NCBI RefSeq assembly: GCF_000143415.4
Contig: NW_003314264.1
Location: 3,419,710-3,483,709, forward strand
DNA length: 64,000 nt
DNA from: Selaginella moellendorffii
Lineage: Eukaryota > Plantae > Lycopodiophyta
Direction of reading: 5' to 3'
Shown: positions 42,547 to 54,500 of the stretch, in pieces
Layout: the number at the start of each line of letters is the position of its first letter
Numbering within the stretch: position 1 is the first letter of the stretch
The notes under the pieces: model-generated
The model's input: only the letters and a program-made list of their open reading frames with translations
Database searches by the model: none
What the model was told of the DNA's origin: nothing
Position numbers and translations under genes: made by a program

Positions 42547-43689
42547 CAATCTAAAAACGTTAAATCTATTAACCACTTAAGTAACACAAGTTCAGGAAAT
42601 ATTATTAGAACCTCAAAAATGAATAAATATTAATTTACAGAATCATTAAAGTATATTTTTATATCAGAAAACTAATTTACATTTACAGAGTTTTATATCT
42701 ACTTCCCATCAGAGCTGGGATCCCTGATTTTATTTTCTGCTGGAATCCCTGCTAATCTTTTTTCATTTATTTTTAAATGATTACAAATTAAAAGCAAATT
42801 AATTATTTGTAAACTTGATTTCTCTTATAAAAGGCTTTGTGATTATTATTACTCTTATAGATTTTATAAATGCTCATAATAAATCTTAGAAACATACAAT
42901 ACACACTAATTTATTCTATGTTGCACTATTAGCTATAAGTTTTCTATCCCAATAAAATGTTTTCAAATACTTATTTTGGTCCAGGGCAGCGGAGCTGGAT
43001 TCCCTGCTAGTATAAATATATTTATAATTTATAAACTTCCCTAAACATTTCCTAGTATATTTTAGTATCTGTGTGTTTATAAATTATGAACATGTTTATA
43101 ATTACAATAATTCAGCCTAAACTATTTGTAATCACAATTTTAGGGGAGGTACGGGAGGTGTATCTTGGGGTGGCCGGCCTGGTAAAAGTTTTTTAAAGTT
43201 TTAAATTTGCAAGCTTGCAAAATATATTTTAAAAAAAATATGTATGTTTAAATTGTTGTGACATATATGTGTGACTCACAAAATAATATTTTAAGCACAA
43301 TTTTTATCTTATGCATTGCCCACCACATATGCATGGTAAAGTTTAAATTAATACCACATATGCAATTTTATATAAATGGTTAACTTTATGTGTTTCTTAC
43401 TAACAATGCTCATTCTTTAGTTGTTTTTCCTTGCATTGTGTAAATTTTAACTCCATGTTGGTTTTTTTTTACATGTCAACAAGGTTTAGACCTAGGGCTT
43501 GTGGGCATGATATTTTTCAGCACATGAGCTAGATTTCTTAGCACATTTTGGATATTGTAAGTTAAGCTCACCATCACATTTCTTTGGTGAGAGTAATAAA
43601 AAACCCTTTACACAACAAACTATTACAATGTCAAAAACTTCAACACATAATTAAAAATGTGAGATTAAGAACACAAGAAATCCACTTAA

Positions 43690-44542
43690 GAACAGTAGTA
43701 CAAAACAATATTAAAACTGCTTTAAACCATGCAATACAAAGGCTAATGCCAAATTTTTGAAGTTATATGACTACTCTCAAGGTGTGTTCAAGTTTTATTG
43801 CTAGAGAAGAAAGCAAGGAGATGGATGGAAGTTTCATGAAACTAATAGCACTAGAGCAAGGTATGGATTTGCATTGCTAAATAGCTCAAAGCAACAAAAG
43901 TGGAAATAGGGATTCAAAGCTTGCAACAATGTTGGGGCTTGGTAATTGGGATGAAGAGCTTATATAGAGATTTATCACTGTGGATTGGAGAGCAACTAAG
44001 TCATAATAATGTGTCTAGTTGACTTTTATTGCAAAGTTGGAACTATGGTCTTGGCTCAACAAGTTTTTGACTCAATACCATCAAAAAATCTTATGACCTA
44101 GACAATACTTGTAGCTAGATATGGTCACCAAAGAAATGTTGCCTTCATATTTAACAACTTTCACATTATGTAAGATCCCAACCTTCATTATGATAACTTT
44201 ATATTCCTCTTGATTATCAACTCTTGTAGCCATGTGGGGCTTGTGAAACAAGGAAAGAAGTGTTTGTATGCAATAGAGATGAAATATAGGATTTTTTCTG
44301 GGCATGAGAACTACCATGGAGTGATTGATCTCTTGGGACAAGTAAACCAATTAGATGAGGCAATAATGGTGTTAGAATCTATGCTTCTAGAGTTGAGTTG
44401 TGTAACTTGGGTTACCACTCTCAGTGCATGTAAGAAGTGGAAAAATATATAGATTGGGAAGATTGTGTATGAGACTTTGGTGAAGATTGATAAGAGGAAT
44501 AAAGTTGTATATATGCTTATAGCTAATTTATATAAAAATTAA
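43690..44542 (+). pseudogene. AT-drifted PPR-E pseudogene
   Basis: NSCSHVGLVKQG..NYHGVIDLLGQVNQLDEA..WVTTLSACK..*..VYMLIANLY with internal stops; 5' limit approximate. Confidence 0.8.
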
Positions 44543-45116
44543 CATTTTCATGCTTTCTGAAAGAACAAAAGTTGGTGGCCGTAACAGAAAATGCACTAAT
44601 TAAGCACTTCATTGTAATGTGTGATGTTGTGATAAGACAAGAAGTTCCTATTCAATACCTCAATTTTAGTAATGGTGCTTTTCATCCCACTAATCCATAG
44701 ATCACTCATGAATTTCATCTTTAATGATATTGTAAAGGAAAAGAATAGTTCTTGAATATTTATCTCACATATATAAATTAGCACTGTATACTTGCTTGCG
44801 TAAAAACTGCATTACGTAATTGCTCATGTAAACATTCACTAGATTTTGTAGTGATATCATGTTATCTAGGATGACATGACATCAATTTTACAATCTAAGG
44901 TGTCATACCCATGCATATATGGTATACCCCATGTCATAATTATGTTTGGATTGCTTATATAGCAATCAAAAAGTGATTGTGTGCATAATATTTTTGCATG
45001 CAACTCAAAACATAAAAATAAATCTATACATGTATAAATATATAATACTCCCATGTGCAAGTTGCCATACCTAAATCACATTTTTAAAAGTATGAAATAG
45101 TAGATGGACTATGATT

Positions 45117-45402
45117 NNNNNNNNNNNNNNNNNNNNNNNNNNNNNNNNNNNNNNNNNNNNNNNNNNNNNNNNNNNNNNNNNNNNNNNNNNNNNNNNNNNN
45201 NNNNNNNNNNNNNNNNNNNNNNNNNNNNNNNNNNNNNNNNNNNNNNNNNNNNNNNNNNNNNNNNNNNNNNNNNNNNNNNNNNNNNNNNNNNNNNNNNNNN
45301 NNNNNNNNNNNNNNNNNNNNNNNNNNNNNNNNNNNNNNNNNNNNNNNNNNNNNNNNNNNNNNNNNNNNNNNNNNNNNNNNNNNNNNNNNNNNNNNNNNNN
45401 NN
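45117..45402. other. Assembly gap (N run)
   Basis: Run of n. Confidence 1.
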
Positions 45403-46283
45403 AACTATAAGGACAACACAATAATAGTTACCATAACTGTAGCACACGTTATCTCTCTCCCGTTAAGTCAACTGGAAAATGGGCAATTGCTTGATGAGAG
45501 AGCCCTTAGTGGCTATTTTATCCCTATTTATCCCCCAAGGTTCCAAGAATCCACGGTGCTAGTATATCTAAATCTCATCCCATAATCACATGCGCTACAA
45601 TAACTAAGTCACTTTATGGTCCAATCTAATAAGTCTTAGCAGTTTTTATTTCTTTCTTTGCCGTGCTATCTTCACTAGAGCATCCTCACCACAACTTCAT
45701 CTGAACACATTTAAATTTGAAACCAAACTCTAAATTTATTATACTATACAATGAATGCTAATACCCTATGAGCTTCTTTTGTTTAGCCCTTGCACCCTAA
45801 AATGGTGTCAAATGAAGTTTCAACATACCAATAACTTAATGTAAGAAGGTGAGTACTCTAGCATAAACTAACGCAGCCAGTGAGAACCAAATTAGTGTCT
45901 CAGCCATGATTTTGGCCACTATACATGTCAATTTAATAAAAAAACATCCTCTGTAAACCTGAAATAACTTTAAATTCCATATAGAAAACCACTTCATTTG
46001 AAAAGTTCCTAGCCAACACCAAAATTCAAGTTTGAAAACCATTAACAATTTCAAATTTGGGAAATCTAAAGTATATGCAGCTGGTTTTTATATATGGTTT
46101 TTCTAGTAAAAACCATGGTCACCAGCTCCCTGTGGGTGAACCCCAATGACACAGAGTACCTTTGTTGATCTTGAACTGTGGCTGTGTGAAGTGGTAGTCA
46201 GAACTGGAAAACTAGTGAACCAGTTTGCAAAGTGTGTTATCTAGTTTAGTATAAAATCTTGCAAGATCTATCTTGGCACAGGT

Positions 46284-46516
46284 TGTTATGATCCGGCGCA
46301 AAAAGACAAAGATTTCGTTGCCCTAGACTATGCTACGCCACCTCTTGAGGTTCCTCACCACCCAACCACCCCCGAGCTACCTCAAAAGCTCCACTGCGCC
46401 GCCGCTCCACTGTGAGCCCTAGGGTAGGTTAAGTCCCTTACCCTAACATGCCTTAATCTACCCTTGAGCCTCCCTTTGACCCACGTTGACCACGTAGTCA
46501 AAGCTGGCGCCTAACA
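46284..46516 (-). repeat. 3' LTR
   Basis: tgttatgatccggcgc...ggcgcctaaca; no difference from 50951-51183 seen by eye. Confidence 0.97.
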
Positions 46517-46590
46517 ATTCTTCCCCCCCAACAAAGTCCTTGTCCCAAGGACGAGTTGTACCGGTGATCACCCTTTCTGGGGAATCCTGC

Positions 46591-47790
46591 TCAAGCTCCT
46601 GGTCCATTTTCCACAGCCGTATACATCAAGGAGGCATTGGGCCCGTCACTCCGAGATAGTACACCTTTCAATTGGCTGACATAAAATACTGGATGAATTT
46701 TCACCCCAGCTGGCAGCCGCACCCGATAAGCCGCTTTACCAATGCGCTCCAGCACTTCATATGGACCAGCATATCGATGGGAGAGTTTATCACTCTTCCC
46801 TATCCGTAAAGGCACCAAGGTGTTCCGCCGCTCACTTGACGGAAAGATCACTCGCACGAAGACGAGATCACCCACCTTATATTCCCGGAATTGGCGATGC
46901 TCATGAGCAAACTTCTCCGCTCTATCCTGAGCTGCTTGCAAATTCCGTTTGCATACCACCAGAATCTCCTCAAGTTCTGTGGCCAGATCAGTTGCCTCGG
47001 AATCAAGCTTTTCTTGAACGTCCTTACTCAAATGCAATCCCAACTCCACCGCTGTTCGAGGATGCCTTCCAAACATCGCAAAGTAAGGACTTAGCTTGGT
47101 TCCACTGTGTTGGCTATTGTTGTAAGCAAATTGCACCAACGGAAGATATAGATCCCACTGTCCTTGCCTTTGACCAATGCTACAACGTAGCATATCCTCC
47201 ACCACCTGATTCACACGCTCAGTTTGCCCATCCGTCTGAGGATGATCTCCACTCGAGAGTTTCAAAGTCACTTGCATAGCCTTTGCAAAACTTTTCCAAA
47301 ATCCACTGGTGAACTTTGAATCTCGATCACTAATGATGTCCTCTGGCAAACCAAAATCAGGAAAAACCTTCTCCAAGTAAACCGCAGCCAAGTCTGAGGC
47401 AGTGACAGTCTTCCGAAGAGCCAACAACCGCACATACTTCGTCAACCGATCTACTATGACCCATACTTGCTCCTTTTGCCTCTGTGTTCGTGGCAAACAA
47501 GTGATGAAGTCCATAGAGATACTACACCAACGGCTCTGAGGAATAGGTAAAGGTTGCAAAAGTCCCCCCGGCTTCTCCCGTGGCACCTTAACCCGCTGAC
47601 AAAGCTCGCATGATTTACAATACTTGAGGATATCAGCCTTCATATTCCTCCAATAAAAGTTGCGCTTAATCAACTCATACGTCTTCTTCCCCCCAAAATG
47701 ACCGGCCTCTGGACGATCATGATAGTGGAATAAAACTTGAGTAATTAACGCATCCACCCGTGGCAAATAGACACGGCCATTGTAGTAGAG
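46591..47790 (-). CDS. Retrotransposon integrase part of pol
   Basis: YHD..AGHFG..CELCQ zinc finger, ISMDFI, ISDRD, HPQTDGQTERVNQ, RYAGPY, IHPVFYVSQLK. Confidence 0.92.
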   Translation of the reverse strand, partial: LYYNGRVYLPRVDALITQVLFHYHDRPEAGHFGGKKTYELIKRNFYWRNMKADILKYCKSCELCQRVKVPREKPGGLLQPLPIPQSRWCSISMDFITCLPRTQRQKEQVWVIVDRLTKYVRLLALRKTVTASDLAAVYLEKVFPDFGLPEDIISDRDSKFTSGFWKSFAKAMQVTLKLSSGDHPQTDGQTERVNQVVEDMLRCSIGQRQGQWDLYLPLVQFAYNNSQHSGTKLSPYFAMFGRHPRTAVELGLHLSKDVQEKLDSEATDLATELEEILVVCKRNLQAAQDRAEKFAHEHRQFREYKVGDLVFVRVIFPSSERRNTLVPLRIGKSDKLSHRYAGPYEVLERIGKAAYRVRLPAGVKIHPVFYVSQLKGVLSRSDGPNASLMYTAVENGPGA

Positions 47791-47819
47791 AATCCGGCGA
47801 AGGGTTCCTTGTCTACTGG

Positions 47820-47919
47820 NNNNNNNNNNNNNNNNNNNNNNNNNNNNNNNNNNNNNNNNNNNNNNNNNNNNNNNNNNNNNNNNNNNNNNNNNNNNNNNNN
47901 NNNNNNNNNNNNNNNNNNN
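47820..47919. other. Assembly gap (100 N) inside pol
   Basis: Run of n. Confidence 1.
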
Positions 47920-47951
47920 AAGGAAAAACCTCGCATACTAGCCGGGACCCG

Positions 47952-50927
47952 TCACACATTTGATTTTCCCGGACGATGCTCAATAGTGAAACTCCCCAAA
48001 CTCCATGAGTTTGACCATCCAACGAGCTTGCCTAGTGTCAACTCCTTCTGTGTGAAAAGATACACAAGTGGTTTGTGATCTGTCAACACCACGAACACTG
48101 CACCATAAAGATAGTGCCGCCATGTCCGCAAAGCATGAACAATAGAGAGTAACTCTTGCTCATATGTGGAATAGCGTTGCTCCGCGGAATTCAAAGTTCG
48201 ACTCTCATATGCAATAGGCTGTCCCTCTTGCATGAGAACTCCTCCCAGTGCATAACCACTCGCATCGCATGTCACCTCGTAAGGTTTCGATGGATCAGCA
48301 ATGCGAAGCACTGGAGCCTCGATCAACAATCGTTTCAGCGCCACAAAACTCTCCTCTTGTGGCGTCTTCCACTCGAATGGCACATTCTTGCGTAACAACC
48401 GCGTCAACGGAATAGCCACCTCTGCAAACTTATGCTGGAAACGTCGATAGTAACTAGCCATACCAAGAAAACTGCGCAACTCGGCCACTGTAGTCGGTGT
48501 AGGCCAGTTTTCCACCACAGCCACCTTCCTTGGATCCGTCTTGACACCCTTAGATGTCACAATATGGCCTAGATATTCCACCTCCGACTTTGCAAATTCA
48601 CATTTGCTCTTCTTCGCATAAAGTTTGCTGTCTCGAAGTAACAAAAGAACCTTGCGCAAATGCACCCTATGCTCCTCCATATTCTTGCTAAAAACAAGAA
48701 TATCATCCAAGAAAATCTCCACAAACTCATGAAGATAACGCCCAAATACCTCCGTCATCAACCGAGTAAATGTGGCCGGTGCATTCGTCAAACCAAACGG
48801 CATAACGGTAAACTCAAAATGTCCGAAGCTTGTGTTGAATGCCGTCTTGGAGATAGATGCATCATCCATTGCAATCTGATGATATCCACTCCTCAGATCA
48901 ATCTTGGTAAACACTCGTGTTTCACCAAGCTTGTCTAGGATATCATCCACACGTGGCATTGGCATCTTGTCCTTCACTGTCTTCTTGTTTAAAGCACGGT
49001 AGTCAATACACATCCGCATTGAACCGTCCTTCTTCTTCACAAGCAAGACCGGAGCACCAAATGGAGACTTACTTGGCTGAATAAATCCAAACTCAAGTAA
49101 CTCCTTGACTTGTCGCTGAACTTCTTGCTCCTCCGCATAACTTAACCGAAATGGACGCCGGTAAATTGGCCGCGTCCCCGGCTCCAATGTAATCCCATGC
49201 TCCACACCTCGTAATGGAGGCAATCCATGAGGAAGTTCAGATGGAAAAACATCAGAAAACTCATCAAGTACATCCCGTACTGCTGCTTCTCCCCCACACG
49301 TGCCTTGGTCCCCCAAGTCACGAACAAACAGCAAGTAACTTGAAAGTGCTTTTCCATTACGACAAGCCCGCTTCAAAGATGTAGCAGAGAGCATAACAAC
49401 TGGTGGTTGAACGCCCTCGCCAAACCACACATCTTTAACGCCACCATACTCCAGCGAGATACGCTTAATGCTCCACTTTATCTCTGGATCCACCTTCACC
49501 AACCATGGTATCCCAAGAATGAGATCCACACGATGGATATCCGCGAGATAAAAAGTCTCCACAAGTGTGGTTTTGCCAACCAACACTTCCAGCCCCTCGA
49601 CACAAGCATCGAAATGCTGAGCAGAGGTAGCTGCACCTTCCACTGTGTATGGAACAACTCCACGTGTGTTCAGGCGATGCTCCGCAACAAACTTTGCCGA
49701 AACAAAGTTGTCATCGCTCCCACTATCCAGTAAAATCCGCACTGGATCGCCACGGAACACGCCCTCCAGCATTAAAGCTGATTCACGCGTATCCTCAAGC
49801 TCCATCTTGTTCCACACACAGTTGAGTTGACGAGCAACGATCGAAAGTCTCTTCCTCCGACCGGAATGGTCGTTCTCGTCATCCTCACGCTGTAAAGCTT
49901 GCAACTTTTTAGTATCGGACTTACCGTGAGAAGAAGATTGGCCATTCTTCTTGTCCTGCTGCTTGTTCTTCAACTGCGGACAATCAGCCTTGTAGTGTCC
50001 AAGTTCGCCGCAATGATGACAACCCTGTCTATAATTCTTCACAAAGAACTTCTGCTTCTTGGACCCCTTTGCATCCGAGGTAGTCACCACCGACTTCAAC
50101 TTGTGATGCTTGTTCCCATCCTTGTGTCCACGGCGATCATCACGACGATTCTCGACAGAAGGACTCTGCGAACGCTTGCGAGACTTGTGCTTGTCATTAT
50201 CAAGTCGACGAGCCGCATCAAAGAGCTCCTCCAAACTCTTTGTAGGCTGAGAATGACGCAAGTGTTGCCGCATGCTCTCACTATGTAGGCCATCAATGAA
50301 GTAGGATTTGTTCTGATCTGGATCCTTCGTTGGAACACGACTAATCAAGCGAGTAAGCTTCTCAATATAATCCCCAAGCGTCATTTTCCCTTGCTGGAAA
50401 TGGCGAAGTTCTGTACGAGCATTCTCCACGTCGTAATGAGGGGCAAAACGTAAACGGAAAGCAGCTTCAAACTCATCCATGGTAGATACTGGTGATTTCT
50501 TATCCGCAACACGGGACTCCTCAAGCCAATTCCACCATCGAAGACCCGCATCACGCAAAACCATCGGAATAGCCACTAAAGCCTCTGCATCTGGAGTTCC
50601 TCTAGCAGCCAAAAACTTCTTCACATTGGCTAGCCAAGCAAGACACTCGTCCACACCACCATCACCGGAAAAGGTTGGAATCTTGAGTCGATCTACCAAA
50701 GAAGGCTTACTTGGAGCGCTACCCCGTCCAGCCTCGAGTGCCTCAACACGCCCACGCATGGTATCCATCATGCCATGCATCTCGTCTTGCATCTCTTGCT
50801 GATTTTTATTAAGGGCTCGCAGCTCATGAACCACATCTTGAATGGTCCAAATCTCTGCAGCTTCGTCGGCACCATCGTCGGCACCACCATCGATGATAGG
50901 ATTCCAGCGTTCAGCTTGGTCGGCCAT
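47952..50927 (-). CDS. Gag-Pol polyprotein (gag, zinc knuckle, protease, RT, RNase H)
   Basis: CHHCGELGHYKADC, LLDSGS, RMCIDYRALN, IDLRSGYHQI, MPFGLTNAPATF, FLDDIL, CDAS, YEQELL, TDHKPL. Confidence 0.95.
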   Translation of the reverse strand: MADQAERWNPIIDGGADDGADEAAEIWTIQDVVHELRALNKNQQEMQDEMHGMMDTMRGRVEALEAGRGSAPSKPSLVDRLKIPTFSGDGGVDECLAWLANVKKFLAARGTPDAEALVAIPMVLRDAGLRWWNWLEESRVADKKSPVSTMDEFEAAFRLRFAPHYDVENARTELRHFQQGKMTLGDYIEKLTRLISRVPTKDPDQNKSYFIDGLHSESMRQHLRHSQPTKSLEELFDAARRLDNDKHKSRKRSQSPSVENRRDDRRGHKDGNKHHKLKSVVTTSDAKGSKKQKFFVKNYRQGCHHCGELGHYKADCPQLKNKQQDKKNGQSSSHGKSDTKKLQALQREDDENDHSGRRKRLSIVARQLNCVWNKMELEDTRESALMLEGVFRGDPVRILLDSGSDDNFVSAKFVAEHRLNTRGVVPYTVEGAATSAQHFDACVEGLEVLVGKTTLVETFYLADIHRVDLILGIPWLVKVDPEIKWSIKRISLEYGGVKDVWFGEGVQPPVVMLSATSLKRACRNGKALSSYLLFVRDLGDQGTCGGEAAVRDVLDEFSDVFPSELPHGLPPLRGVEHGITLEPGTRPIYRRPFRLSYAEEQEVQRQVKELLEFGFIQPSKSPFGAPVLLVKKKDGSMRMCIDYRALNKKTVKDKMPMPRVDDILDKLGETRVFTKIDLRSGYHQIAMDDASISKTAFNTSFGHFEFTVMPFGLTNAPATFTRLMTEVFGRYLHEFVEIFLDDILVFSKNMEEHRVHLRKVLLLLRDSKLYAKKSKCEFAKSEVEYLGHIVTSKGVKTDPRKVAVVENWPTPTTVAELRSFLGMASYYRRFQHKFAEVAIPLTRLLRKNVPFEWKTPQEESFVALKRLLIEAPVLRIADPSKPYEVTCDASGYALGGVLMQEGQPIAYESRTLNSAEQRYSTYEQELLSIVHALRTWRHYLYGAVFVVLTDHKPLVYLFTQKELTLGKLVGWSNSWSLGSFTIEHRPGKSNV

Positions 50928-50950
50928 CGCAACCAATCCTCTGATACCAA

Positions 50951-51183
50951 TGTTATGATCCGGCGCAAAAAGACAAAGATTTCGTTGCCCTAGACTATGC
51001 TACGCCACCTCTTGAGGTTCCTCACCACCCAACCACCCCCGAGCTACCTCAAAAGCTCCACTGCGCCGCCGCTCCACTGTGAGCCCTAGGGTAGGTTAAG
51101 TCCCTTACCCTAACATGCCTTAATCTACCCTTGAGCCTCCCTTTGACCCACGTTGACCACGTAGTCAAAGCTGGCGCCTAACA
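50951..51183 (-). repeat. 5' LTR
   Basis: 233 bp, followed on the minus strand by the PBS. Confidence 0.97.
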
Positions 51184-51518
51184 CAGGTGCACTACACTAG
51201 AACACTCTAAGATGGCACAGTACGTCAGGTGTAAGTTCAAAGCCTAGGTGTTTTGTGGTGATCACATGATGAAGGGAATCTTGGGAAATGCTATCAAGTG
51301 TTTATCTTGTTAATAGAATTCCCATTGCTTAAATTATATTAATTATTATTGATTAACAGCAGAAAATCTCAACCGTTAGATCAAGGAATATCTTAGGATA
51401 TACCTAGTTGAAAATCTGGTTTGCATTAACAATTTGATAATTTTTGTATCCGCGAATTTTTATTTGTTGTTTCGAAAGCAAAAAAGTTAAATACTGATTG
51501 ATGAGTAGCTATATAATT

Positions 51519-54500
51519 CTATAGGGTGGTGGTGGTGTCCATAACGATCATCTCGCTCTCCAATCCACTCATATTGAAGTTGTGAGTCGACGAAGACAGA
51601 AGCCGCTCGTGATTGCTTGCCGACGTCTTGAGCAAAAGCTTCTCGTTGATCTGCCTGTTCTTCCTCCTCCCGCTGTTACAGCTCGACTCCTGGCCCATGT
51701 GGTCCTCCGACGACGACGAGCTCTTGCTGTTCTTGTGCGCAACCTCCTCGGGGACGTGCTTGATCTGCTCCAGCACCGCCACCACGTCCTTCATGCTCGG
51801 CCTTTCCACGGGCGACTCCTTCACGCACATTAGCGCGATCCCCAGGCACTGGAGCATCTCGTGGATGAAAGGATCGGGCATTCCTCGCAACCGTGAGTCG
51901 AGCGCCTCCACCCGGAGCTGGTGCTGCTGTTGCTGCTCCTCCTGCTGCCGCACCATCAGTCCGTGGACCCAATCGACGACGTTCTTGTCTTGCTCCAGTG
52001 CTCGGCGCCCGGTTAACATCTCGAGGAGGACAACGCCGTAGCTGTAGACGTCGCTCTTGGTCGTGATGTTTACCCGGCAGCTATACTCTGCAAGAAGCTT
52101 CTATTTAGAGCACGCCATTCACTGCAATAGGATGCAAAAAAGAAGCTCTAGACACTCTACACTCAAAAGCCGGCTAAAGGAAAGACTAGAGGTGTCCCAC
52201 TGTCCACCACCAACAGTGACAAAAGCTCACTCGTGAGAAAGAGAAGAGACATGTCCGTGGCAAGCAGAGAGTTCTTCCTCTCCACGCTCATCTCCTCATC
52301 AAATCATCACCAACATCGGCCCGAGACGAATAAGATCACACTTTTCTTCCCTGGCAGCAGGCACCACCAAGCTACGAAGCCATGATGGCAAACTCCGAAC
52401 AATCTCACGCTCGCACTCAAATGCCCACCTCATTTTAAATCACAAATGAAATCCCCGGTTGGGGCATCTATCCGCACGGCAGCTCTAACAACAAACACAA
52501 ACAAGAAAAAGGTGGCGGACATGAATTGGATCGCAAGCCAATGAAACCAAAATCACCACTCGCAACTCCACGACAAACAGCGCAAGGAAGCACACTCTCA
52601 TGGAAAAGCCACAAGCAAGCAAACCGGTATGTCCAAGCCGGGCATATGAAGCAAGAGAGAAAGATCGATGAACTTACCAGGAGCAATGTAGCCAGTGGTG
52701 CCCGGGATCTTCCCCGGGTACACGAAATCCTCCTCGGCGAGCACCTTGGCCAGCCCAAAATCCGCAATGTAAGGCTCCAGCGAGTCGCCCAGCAGGATAT
52801 TGTTGGCCTTGATGTCCCTGTGCAAGATTGGCGGGTTGCAATCGTGGTGGAGGTACGCGATCCCCTGCGCCGCGCCCAGCGCGATCTTGTACCGCAGCTC
52901 CCAGTCGAGGGAGCGCTTCTTGTCCGCGTCGTGGAGCAGCTCCTCGAGGTTGCCATTGCTCTTGAAATCGTAGAGCAGCAGCGCCGTCTTGGTGTTCGTG
53001 CAGTAGCCAATGAGCCGGACGATGTTCTTGTGCCGGACCTTGGATCCCAGCGTGTGGACCTCCGAGTTGAAGCTCGCGCGGTTGGCGCTGGCTCTCCTGC
53101 TGCTGCTGAAATCGATCTCCTTGATCGCGATCTCGTTCCCATCCGGCAGCTTCGCTTTAAACACCGATCCGGAGCTCCCTCTGCCGATTGGCACCGCATT
53201 GCCGAAGCTTTCCACCACGTCCGAGGCGGAGATGCTCGGGTTCCACTTCTGGTATGGCGTCATCTGCCACAGCCACGGGCTACCGCGGGCGGCACTGTCC
53301 GAGAAGCCGCGGCACCGGCGGTACAGAAGGACCGAGCCCAGCAGCACGACCAGCGCGGTACCGCCGAAGAGCAGCGCCACCACCACGGGGGGCCGCATGG
53401 ACCGCCGTACGGGCGACCCGGGGCCGTCCGTACCGCACTGTGGGCCGTCGAGCGTGCCGCGCGACACGCCCGACATGGCGCATAGCTGGCGGTTGCCCGC
53501 GAAAGAGACGGCCATGTTGCGGAAGGCATCGGTGGATGGGATGATGCCCGTGAAGGAGTTGTAGGAGACGTTGAGGAAGTTGAGGTTGGCGAGCTTGTCA
53601 AGGAGCTGGACGCCGCCAAAGAGATTGTTGTGCGCGAGATCGAGGCGGACGAGGTGCGTGAGATCGGCGAATCGCTCCGGGATGGATCCCGTGAGGGAAT
53701 TGGAGTGGAGGTCGAGCGCGATGGAGAGGCTGACCAGCCCACCCAGCGTCGCCGGGATCTCCCCGGACAGCCTGTTGTTGGCGAGCTCCAGCGAGAGGAG
53801 CTGCTTGCACAGGCCGAGATCGTCCGGGATCTTCCCCGTCAATCGATTGTTCGAGAGCTTGAGGTACTCGAGCGCTTGCATGTCGCCGATCTGCGGCGGG
53901 ATCTTTCCCTCGAGCTGGTTGGAGGAGGCGTCGAGCAGCTGGAGCGCCCGCAGCCGGCCCAGCGACGCGGGCACCGGGCCCGTGAGCTCGTTCTTCACCA
54001 GGATCAAGCTCTGCAGCGACATGAGGCTGCCAATCTCCTCGGGGATCTCCCCACTCAGCCCGTTCCCCTCGAGGTCGAGGAATGTGAGATTCCGGAGGCT
54101 CCCCAGGCTCCTGGGGATGCCGCCCACGAGGAGATTCTCCTTGACGCGCAGCCGGACGAGCACGGAGTCGGTGACGCCCACCTCGGGCAGCACCCCGGAC
54201 AGCCGGTTGTGGATGAGCAGCAGCCGCTCCAGCGATGGCAGCGAGAAGATCTTGGGCGGGATGGGCCCCGAGAGGCGATTGTAGGAGAGATCGAGCGTCT
54301 TGAGCTGGGAGCAATTGACGATGCTGTCCGGGATCGGGCCCTCGAGCTGGTTCTCCCAGCAAAAGAGGAGCTGGAGATTGGCGAGGCGGCCGATGGAGTC
54401 GGGCAGGGGGCCGGAGAGCCGGTTGGTGTCGAGCTCCAGCACCACGAGCTCCGTGCAGTCGCCAAACTCGGGCGGTATGCTGCCCGTGAGGTTGTTGATA

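Larger units (their letters stand above)
46284..51183 (-). mobile_element. Full-length Ty3/gypsy LTR retrotransposon, very recent insertion
   Basis: Two 233-bp TG..CA LTRs, CAGGT target-site duplication (46279-46283, 51184-51188), iMet-type PBS TGGTATCAGAG at about 50939-50949, polypurine tract at about 46519-46529, gag-PR-RT-RH-IN order. Confidence 0.97.

Noticed and set aside
45071-45447. ORFs spanning poly-X
   Set aside because: Artefacts of the N gap
47940-48040. Programmed frameshift or real stop between RNase H and integrase
   Set aside because: The disruptions lie right beside a 100-N gap and are more likely low-quality sequence
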